A DNA stretch of 64,000 nucleotides from Patescibacteria group bacterium (GTDB lineage: Bacteria; Patescibacteriota; WWE3; UBA101185; UBA10185). How positions within the stretch are numbered: the first letter of the stretch is position 1; the number at the start of each line of letters is the position of its first letter. Shown here one piece after another: positions 58,196 through 64,000 of the stretch. Where the stretch lies: positions 772,023 through 836,022 of the forward strand of contig JBMORU010000001.1 of the NCBI GenBank assembly GCA_049322215.1, in the 5' to 3' direction. The translations under genes and the position numbers were made by a program. Under the pieces are notes generated by a model. The model was not told the origin of the DNA and searched no databases. It was given only the letters and a program-made list of their open reading frames with translations.

Positions 58196-59793
58196 AAATA
58201 GAAAAGGTAACTATCAAGAATTTCAAATCAATCCAATACCAAGAAATTGATTTATATAACTACAATGTCTTTGTTGGCGAAAATAATTCTGGCAAATCCA
58301 ATTTTATTGCCGCCTTGAGAGCTTTCTATGACGAATACAAGCCCACTACAGAAGACTTTTGTATACATGCAACAGATAACGAGATGTATATAGAACTCAA
58401 ATTTGATTTGATTGGAGACGATATCACTAAAGCATTTTTTGAGGAAAAGAAAGGTAGCAAATACCTTTTAGAAGATGACAAGCTAGTGGTAAGAAGGGAT
58501 TATGTAAAAGATTCCTCAGGTTTGTTACAAGACAACAGTTATCATGGGTTTTTGCAGGAAGAACAGGCTTTTGATACCGACAACCAATTTTTTGGTACTA
58601 GAAGAGTCTCCAAGAGCATGCTCGGAGAAATTATATATATCCCCCCATTAACAGAAATTGGGGAGGCGTTAAAGACCTCAAGTAAATACAGTACCATAAT
58701 GAAACTTGTTAATAAGATTGTACAGCCTAAGTTAAAAGACAATAAAAATCTCCAAATAATAAACAATGAGATACAGCAGCTAAATGAAACATCTCCCTTT
58801 GAAGAAATAGAACAAAACATCAACACCTACATGCTAAGCTATTCCTGTGAAGTACAAATGTCCTTTGACAGTTTGAGTGTAGACAACATCTTTTCTAATA
58901 TATTTATGTCTGTAAAGGACTCAGAAACGGATTTCTTGCCTGTTGCCAACAAGGGAATGGGATTGCAAAGAGCATTGCTCATGAGCTTGTTGAAATATTG
59001 GGCTGCTGTAGAGAAAGAATCTAAACCCGACACTCCCACACAACCCCCGTCACTTTTAATAGTTGAAGAACCTGAAGTGCATCAACACCCGCAAAAGCAG
59101 TCCATGTTGTTCGACGAGTTGAAGAACATCGCCAAAGACTCCAACCAGGTTTTTATAACAACCCATTCTTCAAATTTTGTTAGCGAAGCGGACGATGACC
59201 TAAGATATGTTTTTAGAACAATGAAAAATGTCAACGATTGTACGGAATATTTACAAGTAAAAGAAGAGACAATAGATAAGTCGAAAGAAGCTGACAGGTT
59301 TAAGTTTTGGAAATATCTAGATGCTGAAAAGAATAAAATCTTTTTCTCAAATAAGACTGTGCTTTGTGAAGGTAATACAGAAAGATTACTTGCTAACTAC
59401 ATAATAAAGTCTGATGCCTATGTAGATGATTTTGGCACACAATCCGCAGTTACACTGATAGATTGTTGTGGAAAATACAATTTAGTGCATTTTATTCGCA
59501 TATGTGAGGATTTACATATCAATTACTCAATATTTTATGACCTTGATACCAACAAAAAAGATAAGAAACAACTAAATGAGGATGTTAATGAAGCTATTAA
59601 GAATTTATTAGATTCTGCTCAGTATCTAGTATCGAAACATGTGTGTGACGATAACCTAGATATATCTTTGTTCCAGGAAAACATAAGCAACGACCAAAAG
59701 ATGAATATCATAGAGAGAATTGAGGAAGGCAATTATGATACTGAAGTTTACGATAAATTGAAGTCATGCATAAAGGAGCTAGTGGAAGCATGA
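58192..59793 (+). CDS. OLD-family ATP-dependent nuclease (N-terminal ABC-type ATPase + C-terminal Toprim)
   Basis: MKIEKVTIKNFKSI...VFVGENNSGKSNFIAAL (Walker A), GMGLQRAL (signature-like), LLIVEEPEVHQHPQ (Walker B/D-loop), VFITTHS (H-loop), then TVLCEGNTE and DLD Toprim-like acidic motifs; ATGA overlaps at both ends. Confidence 0.7.
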   Translation: MKIEKVTIKNFKSIQYQEIDLYNYNVFVGENNSGKSNFIAALRAFYDEYKPTTEDFCIHATDNEMYIELKFDLIGDDITKAFFEEKKGSKYLLEDDKLVVRRDYVKDSSGLLQDNSYHGFLQEEQAFDTDNQFFGTRRVSKSMLGEIIYIPPLTEIGEALKTSSKYSTIMKLVNKIVQPKLKDNKNLQIINNEIQQLNETSPFEEIEQNINTYMLSYSCEVQMSFDSLSVDNIFSNIFMSVKDSETDFLPVANKGMGLQRALLMSLLKYWAAVEKESKPDTPTQPPSLLIVEEPEVHQHPQKQSMLFDELKNIAKDSNQVFITTHSSNFVSEADDDLRYVFRTMKNVNDCTEYLQVKEETIDKSKEADRFKFWKYLDAEKNKIFFSNKTVLCEGNTERLLANYIIKSDAYVDDFGTQSAVTLIDCCGKYNLVHFIRICEDLHINYSIFYDLDTNKKDKKQLNEDVNEAIKNLLDSAQYLVSKHVCDDNLDISLFQENISNDQKMNIIERIEEGNYDTEVYDKLKSCIKELVEA

Positions 59794-62507
59794 AACTAAA
59801 ATTTGACGCGAATCAAGAATACCAACTAAAAGCCATAGAATCTGTAGTTAACATATTCGAAGGACAACCATTAGCACAATCAGATTTTGAATTTTCAATT
59901 TCCACAGCTGCAGGAAGCTTGAGATTAACTGAAAATGGCATTGGTAATCAGTTATTACTTCCCCAAGATAAACTAATAGAGAATTTGCACCGCATACAAG
60001 AACTAAATAATTTACCAAAATCCGAAACAGAGCTTGTTGGTGGGGTTGGTCATGATTTAGTGGGAAGTGCCTTGGTTGGAGACACACACCACACAAAGGT
60101 ATTAAAAGAAGGCAGTAACTTTGCTATTGAAATGGAAACAGGAACAGGAAAAACCTATGTTTATCTACGAACAATTTATGAACTTAATCAAAAATATGGC
60201 TTTAAGAAATTCATAATAGTTGTGCCAAGCGTAGCAATCCGACAAGGTGTAATAAAAAACATTGAAATAACAAAGGAGCATTTCGATTCAATTTATGGCA
60301 AAGTTCCCGTTACAGCATCGGTTTATAACTCTAAAGATTTAGGAAAAATCCGTAGCTTTGCAACTAATAACAACTTGCAAATTTTGATACTAAATATAGA
60401 TTCATTTAATAAAGACATAAACAAAATTAACAACCCTCAAGATAAACTTTCAGGTAAACGCCCAATGGAATTTATCGCATCTACAAAACCAATTGTGATT
60501 GTTGATGAACCGCAAAACATGGAAACAAAGACTGCAAAGGATGCTATATCGATGCTAAACCCATTGTGTACGCTGAGATATTCGGCAACACATAGAAACA
60601 CTTATAACCTTGTATATAAACTCACCCCAGTCGATGCCTACGAGATGAACTTGGTTAAAAAGATAGAAGTAGATTCCGTTTTAACAGAAAATAACTTTAA
60701 TCAAGCCTATGTTGAACTTATATCTATAGATAACACTTCTAAAAATAAAATTGAGGCAAAAATAAAAATACTTGTGCAGGAAAAATCTGGCACCGCTACA
60801 AAACAGATTAAGGTAACAAGAGGTGACGATTTGTTTGAAAAGTCTGGTGGTGTTGAGGTATATCGTGAGGGCTATGTTGTGGACTCTCTTGACCGTCTAA
60901 ACCAGGAAATCGAATTTACAGGAGGTACAATTTTATCTGTGGGTAAAAGTATAGGAGACTTTTCCGAAGACATAATGAAAGTTCAGGTGCGGGAAACCAT
61001 CAAAGAACATTTAGAAAAGGAATTGATACTTAAAGAAAAGGGCATCAAAGTTCTATCTCTGTTTTTTATTGACCGTGTTGATAATTACCGAAAGTATGAA
61101 GACGGGATCTCCGTGAAAGGCAAACTAGCCATATGGTTTGAGGAAATATACGAGGAGTTGATTAAAATGCCTAAATACAATGTAATGGAACACCCCACCG
61201 CTGAAAAAGTACATAATGGCTACTTCTCTAAAGACAGAAAGGGCTTGTGGACTGATACACAGGGAGAAAGCCTTAAGGATATAGACACATACAAACTAAT
61301 CATGAGGGACAAAGAACGGTTACTGTCTATAGATGAGCCTCTTAAATTCATATTTTCACATTCAGCTTTAAGAGAAGGTTGGGATAATCCCAATGTTTTT
61401 CAAATCTGCACACTAAATGAGACTAGGTCGGAACTTAAAAAACGCCAAGAGATAGGGAGGGGTTTAAGAATTCCTGTAAACCAAAATGGAGAACGAGTTT
61501 TTGAAAATAATCTTAATATATTAACAGTTGTTGCAAATGAAAGTTACGAATCTTTTGCAAAATCTTTGCAGACAGAGATTGAACAAGACTTTGGTGTTGA
61601 ATTTAAAAATAAAATAAAAAACAAGAAAGAAAGAACAAGAGTAAAACTCAGAAAAGAATACAAACTTGATGAAAATTTTCTTGCTCTTTGGGAGAGAATT
61701 AAACACAGAACAAGGTATCAGGTAAATTTTGATACCGAGAAACTTATTCAAGATGCTGCAGCTGCAATTAACCAGATGGGAAAAACTCAAGAGGCAAAGA
61801 TTTTAACCAGCAAAGCTAAGGTTAAAATTGATGAAGAAGGAGTATCTTCACTTGTTCTAAGAGAAAAATCAGATGTAGTTTATTCTGCAATTTCTTATGT
61901 ACCAGATATTCTTGGGTATGTTCAGAGCCGCACGGGTTTAACACGTAGTACAATTGCGACTATTTTGGAGAAGTCTGAAAGACTGGATGACTTTTTAATA
62001 AACCCCCAGCTGTTCTTGGATGATGTCACCAAAATAATAAATAAAGTACTTGGTAAGCTTTCCGTTGATGGAATTAAATACGAAAAAATCTCCGGCGAGG
62101 AATACAAAATGGTGCTATTTGAATCTGAAGAGATTGAGTCATACTTGAAGAATATGTATAAAGTTCAAAATGAAGGAAAAACTTTATACGACCATGTCAT
62201 CTGGGACTCTGAAGTAGAAAATAAGTTTGCCCAAGAGTTGGATAGCAGAGAAGACATATCTTTTTACATTAAACTTCCTGCGTGGTTTAAAATAGATACG
62301 CCTGTAGGTACATATAACCCCGATTGGGCATTAGTATTTGAAGGTGATAAAAAGCTGTATTTTGTAGCAGAAACTAAGTCCGAAAATGAGGAATTGCGCG
62401 AAACCGAACAACTAAAGATTGAGTGCGGAAAACGCCATTTTGACAACTTTGATGGGATTGTTTTCAAAGCGCCTGTAAGTAAAGTTAGAGATGTAGTAGA
62501 AGAATAA
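59790..62507 (+). CDS. res: Type III restriction enzyme Res subunit (SF2 helicase + PD-ExK nuclease)
   Basis: AIEMETGTGKTYV (motif I), VIVDEPQNM (motif II), SALREGWDNPNVF and QEIGRGLRIP (motif VI), C-terminal NPDW...VAETK nuclease motif; start set to the ATG overlapping the OLD stop (ATGA). Confidence 0.85.
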   Translation: MKLKFDANQEYQLKAIESVVNIFEGQPLAQSDFEFSISTAAGSLRLTENGIGNQLLLPQDKLIENLHRIQELNNLPKSETELVGGVGHDLVGSALVGDTHHTKVLKEGSNFAIEMETGTGKTYVYLRTIYELNQKYGFKKFIIVVPSVAIRQGVIKNIEITKEHFDSIYGKVPVTASVYNSKDLGKIRSFATNNNLQILILNIDSFNKDINKINNPQDKLSGKRPMEFIASTKPIVIVDEPQNMETKTAKDAISMLNPLCTLRYSATHRNTYNLVYKLTPVDAYEMNLVKKIEVDSVLTENNFNQAYVELISIDNTSKNKIEAKIKILVQEKSGTATKQIKVTRGDDLFEKSGGVEVYREGYVVDSLDRLNQEIEFTGGTILSVGKSIGDFSEDIMKVQVRETIKEHLEKELILKEKGIKVLSLFFIDRVDNYRKYEDGISVKGKLAIWFEEIYEELIKMPKYNVMEHPTAEKVHNGYFSKDRKGLWTDTQGESLKDIDTYKLIMRDKERLLSIDEPLKFIFSHSALREGWDNPNVFQICTLNETRSELKKRQEIGRGLRIPVNQNGERVFENNLNILTVVANESYESFAKSLQTEIEQDFGVEFKNKIKNKKERTRVKLRKEYKLDENFLALWERIKHRTRYQVNFDTEKLIQDAAAAINQMGKTQEAKILTSKAKVKIDEEGVSSLVLREKSDVVYSAISYVPDILGYVQSRTGLTRSTIATILEKSERLDDFLINPQLFLDDVTKIINKVLGKLSVDGIKYEKISGEEYKMVLFESEEIESYLKNMYKVQNEGKTLYDHVIWDSEVENKFAQELDSREDISFYIKLPAWFKIDTPVGTYNPDWALVFEGDKKLYFVAETKSENEELRETEQLKIECGKRHFDNFDGIVFKAPVSKVRDVVEE

Positions 62508-62649
62508 TTAGAACTGTTATGTAAACTCTATATGAAGGTTTTAATCTCTACACTATGCGCAACCCCCTGAAGACCACACATATAGAATAATATCCAAAAC
62601 ATTAGCTTTCCCCAAAATACGTCAACTACTTTTGATACAATAAATATAT

Positions 62650-62814
62650 GCATAAAACAGCAAAAATTACTTTAATTATCATAGGAGTTCTATTATTTAT
62701 GAATGGAATTCTAAACATTATCGATGATACAAAAATATTAACCTACGATATCGCTTCTATTTTGTCAGGAATCGGATTTATCATTGTAAGTTTTTCAAAA
62801 AAAAATAACTAGCA
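62650..62814 (+). CDS. possible small 2-TM membrane peptide (54 aa), below the ORF-track cutoff
   Basis: ATG...TAG frame read by eye (MHKTAKITLIIIGVLLFMNG...); no clear RBS. Confidence 0.2.
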
Positions 62815-63321
62815 TCACGTATTCCAATGAATCCCAACCCTAGTTAGCAAGTACTTAAACAATGCCCATGGGTGTAGTAATCCTTTTAGCCAAAATGACA
62901 CTGCATAACCATACATCTCCTTTTTAATAATACTTTCCTCGTTATTCAACGCATCTTTTATATAAATCGAAATATGCGGTGAAATCATATTAGGTAAATT
63001 TTTCACTTCAAACTGTTCAATAGCTTTACTTTCGTTTGATAAAGTTTTCTCACCACTTATAATCTCGCAAATGAAAGTGTGGTTAATTTTACTTTTCTGT
63101 GAATAAAAATACTCACCAACTTTTTTTACTAATAAAACATTAAACCCTGTTTCTTCAAACACTTCGCGCACCACTGCCTGCTCAGGTGTTTCACCAGTTT
63201 CAATACGACCGCCGGGTAATACCCATATAGGAATATCCCGTCTTTTTACTAATAAAACCTTTTTGCTTTTTTCAAAAAATATAATCCCAAAGCTTCCATC
63301 CATATATAAATTATATCTCAA
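62815..63321 (-). CDS. NUDIX hydrolase
   Basis: GGRIETGETPEQAVVREVFEETGF Nudix box. Confidence 0.7.
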   Translation of the reverse strand: MRYNLYMDGSFGIIFFEKSKKVLLVKRRDIPIWVLPGGRIETGETPEQAVVREVFEETGFNVLLVKKVGEYFYSQKSKINHTFICEIISGEKTLSNESKAIEQFEVKNLPNMISPHISIYIKDALNNEESIIKKEMYGYAVSFWLKGLLHPWALFKYLLTRVGIHWNT

Positions 63322-63371
63322 TGACTAACACTGTTGTGCACCCACATACTCGCCAAAGCATCTTTTATAAA

Positions 63372-63956
63372 TTAACTCCTTGGTAACAACTTAGAATCTT
63401 CGATAATAGGTTTAAACTCTTCCCAAATTTCAGCGGGTAACTTAGATAATGATATTTTTTTGTCCTTATTAGGAACTAAAACTTCCCAAGTCATACCTTC
63501 TTCGCGCCAAGTTATACCGTTATCGAGGTAAATATTTATAACTGGGATAAGTTTTTCTGTAGCATTAACAAACCTGGCTTCAGCGTCAGCCTTTTCATTA
63601 TAGTCATGCAACAAAGTTACTAATTCTTTAAAGTTTGGAAATTGCTCACTAATTTGAGTAATTGCTTTTTTTTCAGCTTCATCCTTTTCTTTTTTTATTT
63701 TTTCGTTTATTTCAAAGTAATAGTCTCCCGTGATTGCCTCTGGTAAATCATGAACAATAGCGTATTTCAAAACTTTAGTTAAATCTAAATTTAAATTGTA
63801 TTCTGAAACTAAAAACCAACAGGTTAAAGCAACTTGAAAACTGTGTTCGGCGTCGTTTTCTTTGCGATTTTCACCTACGACACGAATCATTCTTTTTGTT
63901 TGCTGAAACTGATTACAAAATTTTGTAAATTCTAAAAGGGTTTCAATTTTACTCAT
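63372..63956 (-). CDS. HD-domain phosphohydrolase (YfbR-like 5'-deoxynucleotidase family)
   Basis: NDAEHSFQVA ... AIVHDLPEAITGD (H...HD...D metal motifs). Confidence 0.65.
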   Translation of the reverse strand: MSKIETLLEFTKFCNQFQQTKRMIRVVGENRKENDAEHSFQVALTCWFLVSEYNLNLDLTKVLKYAIVHDLPEAITGDYYFEINEKIKKEKDEAEKKAITQISEQFPNFKELVTLLHDYNEKADAEARFVNATEKLIPVINIYLDNGITWREEGMTWEVLVPNKDKKISLSKLPAEIWEEFKPIIEDSKLLPRS

Positions 63957-64000
63957 GAGTATAGTTTAACAGAACTGCCACCTTAAGTAACCATTGCATA

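Noticed and set aside
1-64000. CRISPR arrays, rRNA genes, insertion sequences, integrases
   Set aside because: I scanned for regularly spaced direct repeats, rRNA-like conserved blocks and transposase/integrase motifs (DDE, tyrosine recombinase R..HxxR..Y) and recognised none. The only repeat families found are the terminator and promoter elements of the small-gene cassettes.

Overview
This is a low-GC bacterial chromosomal segment with dense, mostly co-directional coding and many genes that overlap by 4-11 nt. Strong AAGGAG-type RBSs and textbook intrinsic terminators are common throughout. The gene content suggests a small-genome, Gram-positive-like organism, possibly of the Patescibacteria/CPR type; that placement is inference. 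It includes: (a) housekeeping genes metG, pyrG, rsmI, dus, galU-like, manC-like, ndh, dgkA and acyP; (b) a sortase with its LPXTG substrate; (c) two paralogous beta-glucan/cellulose-synthase-like GT2 operons, each paired with a secreted glycoside hydrolase (GH81-like or GH8) and large membrane proteins; (d) two MacB-type ABC modules, two SPFH proteins and a DsbA-like protein; (e) seven tRNAs (Arg-UCG, Lys-CUU, Leu-GAG, Gly-GCC, Phe-GAA on the minus strand, Val-UAC, Gln-UUG) within about 17 kb. Two things stand out. First, a translationally coupled three-gene operon (56327-62507) in which an OLD-family ABC-ATPase/Toprim nuclease gene sits between a Type III mod and res gene, each junction overlapping as ATGA. 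Second, a tandem array of seven paralogous small genes (39417-44639, interrupted by pyrG) encoding about 100-133 aa proteins with a conserved W-x2-H-x3-C-x2-C (ZAS / zf-HC2-like) motif. Each is an individual cassette with its own promoter, RBS and hairpin terminator; a conserved CTATAGGG box lies in the promoter spacer, and two terminators are near-identical 43-nt repeats. These small genes, and several other orphan genes that carry the same promoter box, look GC-richer than the AT-rich backbone. No CRISPR array, rRNA, transposase or integrase was recognised.
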